A stretch of 64,000 nt of DNA from an uncultured Nitrososphaerota archaeon (GCA_963799845.1 CAWCYI010000004.1:1856001-1920000); one strand, 5' to 3'. Counted from the first letter of the stretch, positions 10,348-20,907 are shown. Notes: a model not told the origin generated them from the letters alone. Translations and numbers: made by a program.

Positions 10348-10626
10348 GTGCTAGGACCAGATCTAATTTTTCGTCTTTCTATCTCAATTTTTCCCTCGAT
10401 TCAACAGAGTGGTCTTGGAATCCTGTCGGGCTTTGCAGATCTGATTGGAGGCGCGATTCCTCTAGTCATAGGGATTTTGATCATTGTGTTGATTGTTGGA
10501 GCTGCGATAATTCTACTCCCGGCGCTTCTTGTTGGAGTGGTTATCTGGTTTCTGACTGGGAGTTTCTTTTACGCCGGAATAGCGTTTCTCGTAATCGCAG
10601 CGATAAGTCTTGTGAAACTGATCTGA
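10348..10626 (+). CDS. Small membrane protein
   Basis: Highly hydrophobic ORF with 2-3 TM segments. Confidence 0.6.
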   Translation: MLGPDLIFRLSISIFPSIQQSGLGILSGFADLIGGAIPLVIGILIIVLIVGAAIILLPALLVGVVIWFLTGSFFYAGIAFLVIAAISLVKLI

Positions 10627-10636
10627 AGCATTTGTC

Positions 10637-11017
10637 ATGTGCGAAACCATCAGCTCGATGAGGTATCCAAAAATGAAAAACGGAGACAAGTGGCGAAAGT
10701 CGGAGGAGTGGGATTCACGGGAACGAGAATGGACAAGAGAAATGCGTAACAGAATGCACGGAGCTCGCAGAGAGTTGAAACTAAAAGAGAAAAAATTTGA
10801 CCCCAGGAAGAGGTTTAGATTTATGTTGGTCTGCTTGGGCATTTTCCTTGTTTCGATCTTCGCCCTATGGTTGACCTCGTTTATTCCTTGGGCGACAGAT
10901 CAGGCTATTTTTTCAATATTCAGCACAATCATCTCGGGAATAGTGTTTGTTGTAAATTACGGAAAAGATATCCTAGTTACTGTTCTAAATTCTCTATCAA
11001 AGAACTCTCTGAGATAA
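10637..11017 (+). CDS. Membrane protein with basic N-terminus
   Basis: R/E/W-rich N-terminus followed by two TM segments. Confidence 0.55.
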   Translation: MCETISSMRYPKMKNGDKWRKSEEWDSREREWTREMRNRMHGARRELKLKEKKFDPRKRFRFMLVCLGIFLVSIFALWLTSFIPWATDQAIFSIFSTIISGIVFVVNYGKDILVTVLNSLSKNSLR

Positions 11018-11129
11018 TTATAGAAAATTACTTTGTTGGATAGAAGAATCGAAAATACATCCTTTCATAATAATCGTTCAGCCTATTAATTAACGAGTCA
11101 TACCATAATGTTCACAGAGTGATAGAAAA

Positions 11130-11423
11130 TTGGATTTCGGATCTCTGACTTTCATCGTACTCGTAATAATGCTGTTCTTCGACGGATTGATATTCGGAGT
11201 TGCAGCGGCCAAAGGAGTCACGTCGATTATCCTGATCGTCGTGGGACTCGTAATTGCATCATTTATTGGCCTCAGCATTCCATTCCTGAACTCCAACGCT
11301 GGAAATTTCCTAGGGAGTATTGAAAACCTGTTTATTTCGGCAGTCAATAGGTATGGACCAACATTTTTCGCCATGCCTATACTCTGGATAGTCGGGTTCT
11401 TGGTTGGGGTCTTTGCAATTTAG
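11130..11423 (+). CDS. Small 3-TM membrane protein, paralog of 5130..5429
   Basis: Hydrophobic; direct similarity to 5130..5429. Confidence 0.7.
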   Translation: MDFGSLTFIVLVIMLFFDGLIFGVAAAKGVTSIILIVVGLVIASFIGLSIPFLNSNAGNFLGSIENLFISAVNRYGPTFFAMPILWIVGFLVGVFAI

Positions 11424-11939
11424 ACCCTCGAACCCTAACTAATCTGACATCTATTCATGAAAAATCCCGATTAATTTACTTGGATTCCAGGAGCGTTTAG
11501 CCAATCAAGGAGTAGTTTTGGTGGTAAAATGGTATGATGTCAAGCTTCGGTAAGTCGGGCGAATGTGTCGCTCCTGCAAAGGTGGCTGACAGGGATAATG
11601 AAGAGATAGCTGAAAATGTTTGGTACACATGACTGGGATGTCGACTCGGGAAAGCCACTTGGTGAAAGTGGCGTTTTGATTCACTATAATTGCAGAAGGT
11701 GCAATGCTGAGGGGTACTCTATTGTGACTAGTAAGGGGACGAGTACTTCTAAATTGATAGAGACCAGGATTGTCAACTTCATTTGAAATGAATGAAGTTA
11801 ACAATTAGATGTGCGGATCGATATTGGCATAGCTGGAGAGTTCTACCGATCCAATTGCGCCACAGAGGGCGTGAAAAATCGAAAAGATCTTCAACAAGCA
11901 CATAATTCAAGCGGCTGAATCGAAAACAGTCACCTAAAT

Positions 11940-12473
11940 TCAGACACTTTCAATTGCTTCAAGCAACTGATGCTTGGAAATGGGCTTCGCTAGAATTAAG
12001 TTTAAGAATTTTTTTGAATCCCGAGGAACATCATAAGCAGTTATCATAATTATCTTGATATCAGAATTGATTTCTTTGATTTTATGAGAGGCCTCGAGCC
12101 CGTCCATGCGAGGCATCTTCTGGTCCATCAATATCACGTCTGGGTAGTTTCCTGGACTGGACTTTACAGCATTGACAGCTTCGACCCCGTCTTGGAAAAC
12201 GCGATCTACGGTAAATCCTGCCGATCTAAGAATAATGGAATAAAGATCCGCAATCTTTTTTTCATCATCGACTACCATTATCTTATAATCGAGAGATTTT
12301 CCGTTTTCTGGCCCTGTCTTGGATTTCGGATTATTGTTTCGAAGTCCTTTAGAGCGTTGCCCAAATGCGCGCTTTGACTCTGGAAAGCCCCAATCAGATC
12401 GATTTGGAAGATTTTCCTCGAAAAAGCTTGGCACGAGGACCTGCTTTGCACTTTTTGATTTTTTCGGAGTCAA
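11940..12473 (-). CDS. Stand-alone response-regulator receiver (CheY-like)
   Basis: IMVVDDE...DVILMDQKMPRMDGLE...IIMITAY...KP; overlaps the stop of the upstream kinase; true start may be later. Confidence 0.9.
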   Translation of the reverse strand: MTPKKSKSAKQVLVPSFFEENLPNRSDWGFPESKRAFGQRSKGLRNNNPKSKTGPENGKSLDYKIMVVDDEKKIADLYSIILRSAGFTVDRVFQDGVEAVNAVKSSPGNYPDVILMDQKMPRMDGLEASHKIKEINSDIKIIMITAYDVPRDSKKFLNLILAKPISKHQLLEAIESV

Positions 12474-14171
12474 TTTTCCACTCGTTCAGGCTTAAGTGAA
12501 ATTGGAAGCCAAATTCTAATCGTACTCCCACGTGGTTTTCGATCCTCGACCACTATCCTGCCATCATATCTATTTACAACGAGCGCGTGTATTATCGACA
12601 TGCCTAGACCGCTTCCCCTCGCTCCCGCAACAAACCTATCAAAGATCTTATCCTTCAATTCATAGGGGATACCGATTCCATTATCGGAGATCGAGATCTT
12701 GAAGTAAGGCTCCTCTCTCTCGATCTCGATCCAAAGTGGAACCGTATTTGACTCGGTATATTTTGCCGAATTTGAAAAGACATTGGTGAAGACTTCATCT
12801 ATGAGCTCATCCACTTCGATGTAAGTCTTCTTCTTTCTTTCTTTAGGCGAAATCTCGGTCTCTTCGCGGATCAGCTTGTCAGGAAACGCTTGTCGGACGA
12901 GCGTTAGCGATCTCTGTAGTGATTGAATAAGATCAATCGGGCCGAGTTCCGGCTTTTCTTCCGACAGAATCTTACCTCAGCTTCTTGCCCCTCTCTACCA
13001 AGGAAGATGCCCCGTCGATCGCATCAAGAAGGTCTTTTACAAGCCTTGCGCCCTCCACGTCTTCCGAAGCTTCGAGCCGCTCAAGCAAAAGCTCAGCACT
13101 CAATCTGGAGACCTGATTATAGTTTTTGATATCATGGGTCAGTATATCCTGAAGAAGTTGCGCCTGTTTTCTGCTTCTCTCTTCCATCTCCCTAAGCTCA
13201 CTTTCCTTCCAGAGGGCATCGAACACAGAGGCAATCCCAACGATCGTGTGTCTATTAGTCGTATAGATGTTAGAAAACACAGCGTTCTGCGTCGAGTCCG
13301 CTTCGGTATTCGAGTACTGGGTGATGAACATTTTCTTCATATCGTAAATCGTGATGCTTACGTTCATAGGCTCGATCTTTCTCCATTCAGCATTAGGTAG
13401 AATTTTCATTGCGGAGATGTCATTGCCAGGCGAAAGAACTCTAACTTGGAAGCCTCTTTCCTGCTGAAGTTGCGAAAGTCGTTCGAACATCTTGGAGTTT
13501 CTTGTGATCGTCTTGGGAGAGGCGACGATTAGGAGAGCTGATTCTCTGCATTCTTCCGTCATCTCCGTTCCAAGCTTGAAGACTTCGGTCATATCTTCGA
13601 TCAATCGCGTCTCCTCAATCTCTCGGCCTTCCTCTAACTGGCGAATCCGCGACTCGCCAGGAATAGACATCCGCCACATCATTTGGAATATCTGACTCGC
13701 TTGTGAGACTACGTCACTCTTATTGCTCCAGATTATTTCTCGTGGGAGGTCTGAGCCGGTGGCAGTTTGTTCCTCCATTACAGCGAGCTCGATTGCCACG
13801 TACTCGTCTCTCGACAAGGCGAAACTGATCTTGTTTTTATCAAGGTGCCTCACTTCTACACCGATTTCTGAAAGGGACTTGTAGTATGCCAGGTTTTCTC
13901 TTTGAAGGTCTGTGATTAATTGAAACTTGAATTTTGGATTTAGAGCGAATAGAGCCTTCGAAAGATCAATTGCGGCTTCTTGATCTCTGGGGACGCGACT
14001 ATCTGAGGAAGTTTTCAGATAAGAAGCCGTCGACCGCTCTATGAACGCCATTGAGAGCGGGGCAACTTCAGCTCCACTTACGAGCTTGGTCTCCTGAACT
14101 GTGGAAGAGGACGAAGAATCGACAACAGAATCAGAGCCTCCTCCAGTCTGGTGGTTGACCGTAGAAGACAA
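12470..14171 (-). CDS. Cytoplasmic sensor histidine kinase (frameshift near 12975)
   Basis: H-box LLQDILTHDIKNYNQ in 12972..14171; N/G boxes NVFSNSAKY, DNGIGIP and GSGLGMSI in 12470..12814; the intervening sequence reads GKILSEEKPELGPIDL after a 1-nt shift; paralog of 17175..18989. Confidence 0.88.
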
Positions 14172-14214
14172 CTAGTACTGGATTCTTGTTTTAGGCTTTC
14201 TATATATGCACAGC

Positions 14215-14229
14215 GGGAGGATTGTTCCA
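14215..14229. promoter_or_regulatory. Candidate 15-bp island operator upstream of kinase
   Basis: GGGAGGATTGTTCCA, 6 bp beyond TATATATG and 44 bp from the start codon. Confidence 0.45.
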
Positions 14230-14280
14230 TAACAGAATTAGTTTCCCAAAAAAATTGGGAATCGCTGGCGTTCCTGGGAT

Positions 14281-14517
14281 TTACATGCTATCGTCTCTTT
14301 CTAGGCTGGGACTCTGATCTTTATTGTTATTGCCCAGCGGGCTAGGTTGTGGCTTGACTTCCCCGAAATTTTCGGATCTTTCAGTTGGTCGTCCCTTAGT
14401 GTCTAGATTGTCTATCTCGTCTTCCGTCTGCATTTCATCAGCGCTGATTTTCTTTTTATTAGTCTGGACTTTTTTTGTCATCTTCCTTCCGTTCACTTGA
14501 TGGCTAATCACAACCAT
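14281..14517 (-). CDS. Small hydrophilic (likely disordered) protein
   Basis: K/E/D/N-rich 78-aa ORF. Confidence 0.5.
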   Translation of the reverse strand: MVVISHQVNGRKMTKKVQTNKKKISADEMQTEDEIDNLDTKGRPTERSENFGEVKPQPSPLGNNNKDQSPSLERDDSM

Positions 14518-14668
14518 TAAGCGTGATGGAAAAAGGAACTAGAATCCTTTCTGAAAACTGTGTTACAGAGTTTCATAACATCTCAGTAGTTTTTGTTCAA
14601 GATTTCTCGAAATTCCTTGATAACTAGGACCGAAGTGTCGGCTTTGGACAAGAGAACCGGGCGTCACC

Positions 14669-14848
14669 CTAAAACTTGTCGCAAATGACACATATGCCTT
14701 CGAGGTGCAGCGTCACTGCTGGTATGTTAGGATAGTGGGGATGTCTCTTGCAGTTTAGGCACGTGCTGTAGGTTACGCTTCGTGATGTTCTGGCGGATTT
14801 TTCCTCTGAGGCACTCTCCACTTTGGTTCCGAAAAGTTGTCTGGCCAT
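14669..14848 (-). CDS. 59-aa CxxC/CxxC zinc-ribbon microprotein
   Basis: Hand translation MARQLFGTKVESASEEKSARTSRSVTYSTCLNCKRHPHYPNIPAVTLHLEGICVICDKF. Confidence 0.65.
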   Translation of the reverse strand: MARQLFGTKVESASEEKSARTSRSVTYSTCLNCKRHPHYPNIPAVTLHLEGICVICDKF

Positions 14849-14926
14849 AGTTTTTCCCTCAAAAAACCATTTAATATTTCAACTGATTGCCGTATTCGAA
14901 GAGAAGAAAGTTCTAGAACATTTGAG

Positions 14927-15178
14927 CTACCTCAAAGCTCTTCTCAAATCATCAGAATAGCTCTGTTTTAGAGTGATCAGGCACTTGTGAACAGCCATGT
15001 CAAACGCGCAAAGAAATGACCCACAGGGGCAATAAAACGCTGCCAATTCCTTAAAACAATTCCTGCAGCTCACCGTATGACCGATGATCCTCAACATCTG
15101 GGTGGGCTTTGCCTCAATATCATCGAATTCGTCGACCTCTTCTTTGAGGTTTGTCCTCAACTTGTGCAACTTTCGCAT
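14927..15178 (-). CDS. Small protein with B-box-like Cys/His zinc-binding motif
   Basis: CRNCFKELAAFYCPCGSFLCAFDMAVHKC. Confidence 0.6.
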   Translation of the reverse strand: MRKLHKLRTNLKEEVDEFDDIEAKPTQMLRIIGHTVSCRNCFKELAAFYCPCGSFLCAFDMAVHKCLITLKQSYSDDLRRALR

Positions 15179-15395
15179 GTTCTGTCTCTGCGAGATAGAG
15201 GAGACTTGGTGTATTTGAGACAGAAGTAATGGAGTTAGGAAACATTTTCCGTTTCGAATGTTTTCGAATTATTTTAGTGGAGTCGAAGAACCTCGTTTCT
15301 CTGAGAAATTTGTACGTGATTAGGTTATAGAACTCGTTTGCGAATATGAAAAACTATGTTCGATTAGATTTGGACTAAAAAAGTGGTTTGAAAGC

Positions 15396-16149
15396 TTATC
15401 CTTCGGCTTCTGGTACGACATCCATTCTCAATGAGAAATCTATCCTGGTTTCATTGTTTCCCGTCGGGATGACGTCGAACCGATAGTTCTTGACGTTCAT
15501 GTCATAGTTTCCGTACGGGGTTGAAATTCGGCGTGACAGTATTTCGACCAGATCGCGTTCACTTAGCTGGGGAAGCGCACCCGGTCGTGCATTGATCCTC
15601 GTCTGTCCGCTAGAAGCTCTCGAATTAAGTTCCATCCCGTTCAACTGCCACACGAAATGAACAGCGAGGAGGTAGGTTACCGGAAATGAAACTATTGCTC
15701 CGACGATATTCCCCAAGATAGGCGGAAATGATACCTCTTTCAAGAGTAGAAGTTGAACCATGATCATGATGATATTTCCAGCTGAGGAACGAAAGCTGAA
15801 ATTTGGCGAGGCGCCTGAGAATGCTTGAGAGATTGTAGTTTATTCTTCGACCCTCACTTCGAATCAAAAGCGATTCATTGACAAAAAATGCAACCGATAC
15901 TCCAATGACGAAGGCGATGATATTCAGAGCCCAGAAAATCGGGGAGCTAAATGCATTCTGTGGTGCACTAACCTTCCCATAGAGAAGGTAAGTCCCTGAC
16001 GTTAGGATGATCTCGGTGTCTAGAAAACCAACAGCACTGCCGGTCGCGAACTTTCCAGCGCGAAAAAGAGAAGCGTACTGTCTTGTCCAACGACGCAGTT
16101 TTTCCTTTGTATTCTTTGTACGAGTTTCGGCGATGAGATTAGATTCCAA
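15396..16149 (-). CDS. GtrA-family membrane protein with soluble C-terminal extension (frameshift ~15785)
   Basis: KFATGSAVGF...LNIIAFVIGVSVAFFVNE...LAKFQL continues in another frame as ...VQLLL...LGNIVGAIVSFPVTY...FVW. Confidence 0.7.
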
Positions 16150-16222
16150 ACTGCAACACTTCTAAGAAATAGCGCAAGGACTCAAAAATTGAGTCCAGGT
16201 TTTCGATGGGGGCAGTCCTTAC

Positions 16223-16459
16223 CTAGGATCCGTTTGATTGAAGGGTCGCTCTGAACTGGCAATCAATTGAGAGTCCGCCTTCAGTTTTCTCGACGGAAAA
16301 TTTGTAGTTCTCGACCTTCGCGTCAACCTTTGCAAGATATTCCTGGATTTGACTGCCATAGGTCATGAGCTGGCCCTTCACGCTATCCATGGACTGGCTA
16401 AGATTTATGGCGTGCTCTGATTTGCGATCTTCTTTTTCTTTCATTTCTGTTCGAGACAT
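16223..16459 (-). CDS. Small conserved-looking hypothetical protein
   Basis: 78-aa ORF with its own TATA-like element and palindromic site (16505-16519). Confidence 0.6.
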   Translation of the reverse strand: MSRTEMKEKEDRKSEHAINLSQSMDSVKGQLMTYGSQIQEYLAKVDAKVENYKFSVEKTEGGLSIDCQFRATLQSNGS

Positions 16460-16504
16460 GTTTTTCTCATTGTTTTACAACTCAAAACATACTAAAAAGC
16501 GGAA

Positions 16505-16519
16505 GGAAAGATTGTACTA
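16505..16519. promoter_or_regulatory. Candidate 15-bp island operator
   Basis: GGAAAGATTGTACTA, 46 bp from the start at 16459. Confidence 0.45.
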
Positions 16520-16611
16520 GAAACAAATTGATAAAGCTTTGAGATTAATGCCCTAAATTCAGTTTCTTAGGGATAAGCAAAGCGATTTCGTCTGCAAAAA
16601 AGCGAAAGGAC

Positions 16612-16626
16612 TAGAAGATTCTTTCG
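16612..16626. promoter_or_regulatory. Candidate 15-bp island operator upstream of wHTH paralog 2
   Basis: TAGAAGATTCTTTCG followed by TTATATTT; 38 bp from ATG 16664. Confidence 0.55.
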
Positions 16627-16645
16627 TCAATCTTATATTTTAGTT

Positions 16646-16984
16646 GTGGAAATCACAACACCCATGAAGTACAGAAGCAGCACAGAAATAATTGATTCGA
16701 TGCTCCGATCAATAAGATCCGGCGCGACGAAGACTCATATCATGTACCGTGCCTATATGTCCTATTCTCAGTTGAAGGAGTACCTCAAATTGTTGGAGGA
16801 GAGACAGCTGATAAGGTGCGAAGCCGGCTCGCAACTGTACGTCCTAACCGAAAAAGGGCTGAAGTTCATGAATGCGTACGAGAAGATCAATGAGCTTGTA
16901 CCCAGCATTAACGAAAGCAAGGGTCCTGTTGAAGACCGGTCAGAAGAAATTCCCGTCATAAAGAAACAAGCTTTCGAATATTGA
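16646..16984 (+). CDS. Archaeal winged-HTH regulator (HTH_45-like), paralog 2; likely start ATG 16664
   Basis: MKYRSSTEIIDSML...MYRAYMSYSQLKEYL...LTEKGLKFMNAY. Confidence 0.9.
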   Translation: MEITTPMKYRSSTEIIDSMLRSIRSGATKTHIMYRAYMSYSQLKEYLKLLEERQLIRCEAGSQLYVLTEKGLKFMNAYEKINELVPSINESKGPVEDRSEEIPVIKKQAFEY

Positions 16985-17174
16985 CCTCTTGGGAAAAAAC
17001 AAAGGGGTCACGGGCTTGCGAAGTGTATTCGCACATGCCCATATTTCCTCTTTTTTCTTCAAATCCGCTGAAGTGCACATCCTCATCAGCTAGGTGGTTA
17101 TATTGTGAACTCGGGCAGACGGAATCGACCGCGCCGCTAATTGATCGCTTCTAGTTTTTAGAAACGTCTTGGCT

Positions 17175-18989
17175 TCACTTTTCAGCTTTTGGAAGCCAGA
17201 TCTCCACTAGGGTTCCTTTCGAATAATCTCCTTCGACTCGGTTCTTCAATGAAATTCTACCCGCATACCTGTCGACTGCTAGGGCACGCGCTATGGACAT
17301 TCCGAGACCACTCCCTTTTGCGCTCCCGGAGTAGCGATCATAGATGTTATATTTTGCTTCTTCGGGAATTCCTCTCCCCTGGTCGATCACCTTGATGAGC
17401 CAAAAATCCTTGTCATCCTCGATCACCGTATTCAATACGACTTCCTGAGAATCCGTATATTTCACCGCGTTAGAATAGATGTTGATGAAAATTTCGTCCA
17501 AGAAATCATCGCCCAATACTGCAAAATGATCTCCAGCAACGGATAATTGATTGCTAACTTTCTTGGAAGGATTCGCTTTGATTACCAACGAGTAAGAATT
17601 ATTGATGGAGTCTAGTAAATTCCTCGAAGAGAGTTTAACACTCTGATCGGACATTACCTTTCCCAACTTTCTGGCTCTCTCGAGGAGACTCGTCGAGCCT
17701 TCTATTGCTGTTATTATAGTTTTGAGTGCATTGGAGAATTCGACATCGTCTTTCGAAGGAAGATCGCCCATTAGCTCCGCTTGAAGCCTGATTATTTGGT
17801 TATAGTTCACTATGTCGTGGGTGAGAATATCCTGCAAAAGTTTTGCCTGCCGGGTGGCTTTCTCTTCTCTCGCTAGGGATTCGACAAGCTTCTCCCTTGC
17901 CAACATCTCTGATTCTCTCAATTCGCTCTCGTGCCAAAGTTTTTCGAAGAACGCAATGTATGAAGAAACGGTTGGTTTGCTGTTGGAATAGGTGGCCAGA
18001 CCGATCGCCTTCTCAAATTCCAGCTTTGAATTGTCTCCGAGCTCAATTATGAAAGATCTAGACCTATCAAATACAGCAAATGTGACCTTTGTCTCGCTCG
18101 AAGCCACGTCTATCTCACGAATTATGATTTGTCTTGAAGAACTTACAGCTTTATCGGAACTTATTTCTGAACTTAGATTCCATCTATGTGATGAAATTTT
18201 TTCTCTAATCAAATTGTCGAGCGGGGAGAGCATTCTAATCTTGACTCCCCTTTCGATCGCTGCCTTATCCAACGCCTCGTTAACTCCAATTATCTCCTCC
18301 CGCAGGAAAGAGGCTTGAGTCGGAAACACGATCTGTATCTCTACGGTAGCTGAATTTACCAATTCGAGAAATTTTTCCTTGATTTCAATCGGATCGGATG
18401 ATACTTCAATTCGCGGCGAAGTTGTTCCGATATTCTCATTTTCGATTTCATCTATTCTGCTCTTGGACGGAATAGCACTTTCCCAGAGGTTATCGAATAT
18501 ATTCTTCATTTGTTCCAAGAGGACGGCATTTGTGCTCCACACCATTTGTTTGGGTAATTTGCCATACTCGTCAGTAACGAAATAAAGATAGTCCGTTCTC
18601 GTAATTCCAAAATTCCCTTTGAGGCCCCCTATGTGCCTTGCTTCGTAACCAGCATCAATGAGTTTCTTGACGCTGTCCAAATTTTCTTGTTGTATATCGA
18701 TAACAAAACGGATTTTTTCGTTAGGATTTTCCTTCTTGATTGACTGAAGAATCTTGAAGAATTCTGGCTGGACTGCAGTTTCTGGTGCTCTACAATCCAT
18801 CGTTCCGAAGTAAAAAGCAGATATTGGATCAGAACTGGCCCGTCGAGAAATAGAGTAAATCGTAGAGATTATCTCATCCGGTTCTGAAATTACCCGGGTG
18901 AGTGGATCCGAATTGATAGTCGCTGATTCTGAGAGACCATTCTTCGAATTAGTCTCATGTTCATCAATAGAAAGCAAGGGCGGATCCAT
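17175..18989 (-). CDS. Cytoplasmic sensor histidine kinase
   Basis: H-box THDIVNYNQ, NIYSNAVKY, DQGRGIP, GSGLGMSI; long soluble N-terminus with two related sensor modules ending FDNLW / FEKLW. Confidence 0.93.
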   Translation of the reverse strand: MDPPLLSIDEHETNSKNGLSESATINSDPLTRVISEPDEIISTIYSISRRASSDPISAFYFGTMDCRAPETAVQPEFFKILQSIKKENPNEKIRFVIDIQQENLDSVKKLIDAGYEARHIGGLKGNFGITRTDYLYFVTDEYGKLPKQMVWSTNAVLLEQMKNIFDNLWESAIPSKSRIDEIENENIGTTSPRIEVSSDPIEIKEKFLELVNSATVEIQIVFPTQASFLREEIIGVNEALDKAAIERGVKIRMLSPLDNLIREKISSHRWNLSSEISSDKAVSSSRQIIIREIDVASSETKVTFAVFDRSRSFIIELGDNSKLEFEKAIGLATYSNSKPTVSSYIAFFEKLWHESELRESEMLAREKLVESLAREEKATRQAKLLQDILTHDIVNYNQIIRLQAELMGDLPSKDDVEFSNALKTIITAIEGSTSLLERARKLGKVMSDQSVKLSSRNLLDSINNSYSLVIKANPSKKVSNQLSVAGDHFAVLGDDFLDEIFINIYSNAVKYTDSQEVVLNTVIEDDKDFWLIKVIDQGRGIPEEAKYNIYDRYSGSAKGSGLGMSIARALAVDRYAGRISLKNRVEGDYSKGTLVEIWLPKAEK

Positions 18990-19035
18990 TTTTTGGAAAT
19001 TATATCACAACAAACAATCCAAGTATTAATTTTTA

Positions 19036-19050
19036 TGGAAGAATCTTCTA
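19036..19050. promoter_or_regulatory. Candidate 15-bp island operator (near-perfect palindrome)
   Basis: TGGAAGAATCTTCTA, 6 bp beyond AGTATTAA and 47 bp from the kinase start. Confidence 0.6.
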
Positions 19051-19285
19051 TCCATGATTTCTTGGAGCAATTTCTTTTCGACAGTTATGGCCTGACTCTC
19101 TGTCCGAGATCATTTCGATGGATCTGTGATTCTAATTTTTCTTCTGTGATTTCTTGTTTAGGAACTTGAATCCAGTAATTAACAATCTTTCACTTTAGGG
19201 TACATTGTTCAGTAATACGAATGTGATAACTCTAAATTTCAGAATAGCTTCCTTACTGTTCGAAGTGTAACATTGGGGTTAGAAG

Positions 19286-19846
19286 ATGAGTAAACCATCT
19301 ATTGGTGGAAGAGGTAAGTTAGTCTGGGCAGGTCGCCCATCGGTCTCGGTGTTCTACGCGCTGTATGCAGTGGTTTGCTTGATAATAATCGGGTTGCTTG
19401 TTGGATTCGAACTTTGGTTTTCGAATTCTACAAATCTCGGAAGCAAAATCTTCCCAATAAATTTCGTTTTCGGAGGAACTACAATTCCGTACCCTGTTGA
19501 GATCGCAACGGCAATCTTGGTATTATTGGTGTACATTGGTGAGGCAGTGCATCTAGCTATCCTCCGGGCTCGACATAAATACGAGCTTTATGAGGATGGG
19601 TTGTATGTTGATTCTGGCATCGTTAATCTCCAGAATACATTTGTCGCGCCGATGGCTTTTTCGGATGCCAGGTTAGTAATGCCTTTGTCTCTTCGCGTTG
19701 TCAGTCGGGCAAACATAATCGTTGATGCAAACGATGACAGGCATTTCAAACTGCTCTTGATAGAAAATGCGATTGAAGTACAGAATCTGATCAGGAGGAC
19801 GCTGGGCCATCCTGTCGTGAGGGTTGAATCTCCGGCTCCGCCATAA
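19286..19846 (+). CDS. Membrane protein with bacterial PH-like (bPH_2) domain
   Basis: LVWAGRPS start, two TM helices, then YELYEDGLYVDSGI pattern. Confidence 0.6.
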   Translation: MSKPSIGGRGKLVWAGRPSVSVFYALYAVVCLIIIGLLVGFELWFSNSTNLGSKIFPINFVFGGTTIPYPVEIATAILVLLVYIGEAVHLAILRARHKYELYEDGLYVDSGIVNLQNTFVAPMAFSDARLVMPLSLRVVSRANIIVDANDDRHFKLLLIENAIEVQNLIRRTLGHPVVRVESPAPP

Positions 19847-19997
19847 CGAAAGAATTACTCTCAACCTGGATATTTTCTACGCCGGGATCTCTCCTTCGCT
19901 GCGGAAATGCGCCTTCTAGGCACTTCTTGAATGCGCAGGCCGAGAAATCACACGACAAGAATAGTAATTGCAGCGATGATGTACCAAAATGAAAAGA

Positions 19998-20309
19998 TTA
20001 TGACTTGTGTGAATTGATGAATGCTTCAATGACTAATGATCGAAACTCTCCATCGAGTAAAAAGTCTTGGATCACCGTCGAAAGTATTCTCATGGATATT
20101 CTGATCATTTTACCAGGCTCCGTCGTTACTAGATATAGTGCGAAATCCTTGTCCGACCCACCGCGGGCTTTGAGAAACAAATAACCAGCGAGGATCTCTG
20201 AGAGCGTGGCTCGATCTAGATTTGTCAGCAAAGAGTCTGCAAGTCTCAGGAAAGAAGGCGAAGTAGACAGTCTTCTCGCTGTTTCCAATTCTGTAAGCTT
20301 GAGCTTCAA
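19998..20309 (-). CDS. Hypothetical helical protein
   Basis: 103-aa ORF with protein-like composition. Confidence 0.45.
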   Translation of the reverse strand: MKLKLTELETARRLSTSPSFLRLADSLLTNLDRATLSEILAGYLFLKARGGSDKDFALYLVTTEPGKMIRISMRILSTVIQDFLLDGEFRSLVIEAFINSHKS

Positions 20310-20550
20310 GTCTATCAGATGTTAAAATTAGCTGGGTAATTGTTCTTGGTTAGGCTGTTCGCATTTGATCCAAGCGGCTCCTTGGCATAGTCTCTCCTTT
20401 CTGAGATCATGGTTGATTCTTGGAACACTGCAATAATCCCATTCTGCCTAGTATCCTAGCGGCTGATATTATTGCCCTAGATTCATTATGGAAAAAAGTT
20501 CTAGTCTAAATATTCTGTGGAAAAGCTCGGGAAAAGTGGTTCAATGACAA

Positions 20551-20565
20551 TAGAAAAATGTTCTA
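20551..20565. promoter_or_regulatory. Candidate 15-bp island operator (perfect arms); a second copy lies at 20489-20503
   Basis: TAGAA-AAATG-TTCTA; TGGAA-AAAAG-TTCTA upstream. Confidence 0.6.
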
Positions 20566-20602
20566 TAACTATGTTGCATTATGGATAAGACCTCCGTGTC
20601 AC

Positions 20603-20851
20603 TTGGGAGACGACCGACGGTCTTTGAACTACCTTGTAACGTTTGATCAAGAAGCTGGAATGTTTTTGGCACGATCTCCTGCCAACCCCCAAATTACGGG
20701 AGAAGGTCCGTCTCTGTATGCTGCAATAGACAACCTGGAAGTAGAATTGAGTCAAAATACGCGCCGCTCAGAGAAATTAAACATGGACCTGGTAATTCGA
20801 GAAAAGGAAAGCGAAGTCGAAGTAACTGCAAAAATCTCAATTCTAGCCTAG
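20603..20851 (+). CDS. HicB-like (partial RNase H fold) small protein
   Basis: YLVTFDQEAGMFLARSPANPQITGEGPSLYAAIDNLE; start moved to TTG 20603 because the track's ATG lies inside the operator. Confidence 0.55.
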   Translation: MGDDRRSLNYLVTFDQEAGMFLARSPANPQITGEGPSLYAAIDNLEVELSQNTRRSEKLNMDLVIREKESEVEVTAKISILA

Positions 20852-20907
20852 ACGCGCCCAAATTCAGAGAACCCTGCATGTGTAACTAGACTATTGATGA
20901 ATCTTCT

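Noticed and set aside
11505-11804. 99-aa track ORF
   Set aside because: No family signal; possibly degraded coding sequence
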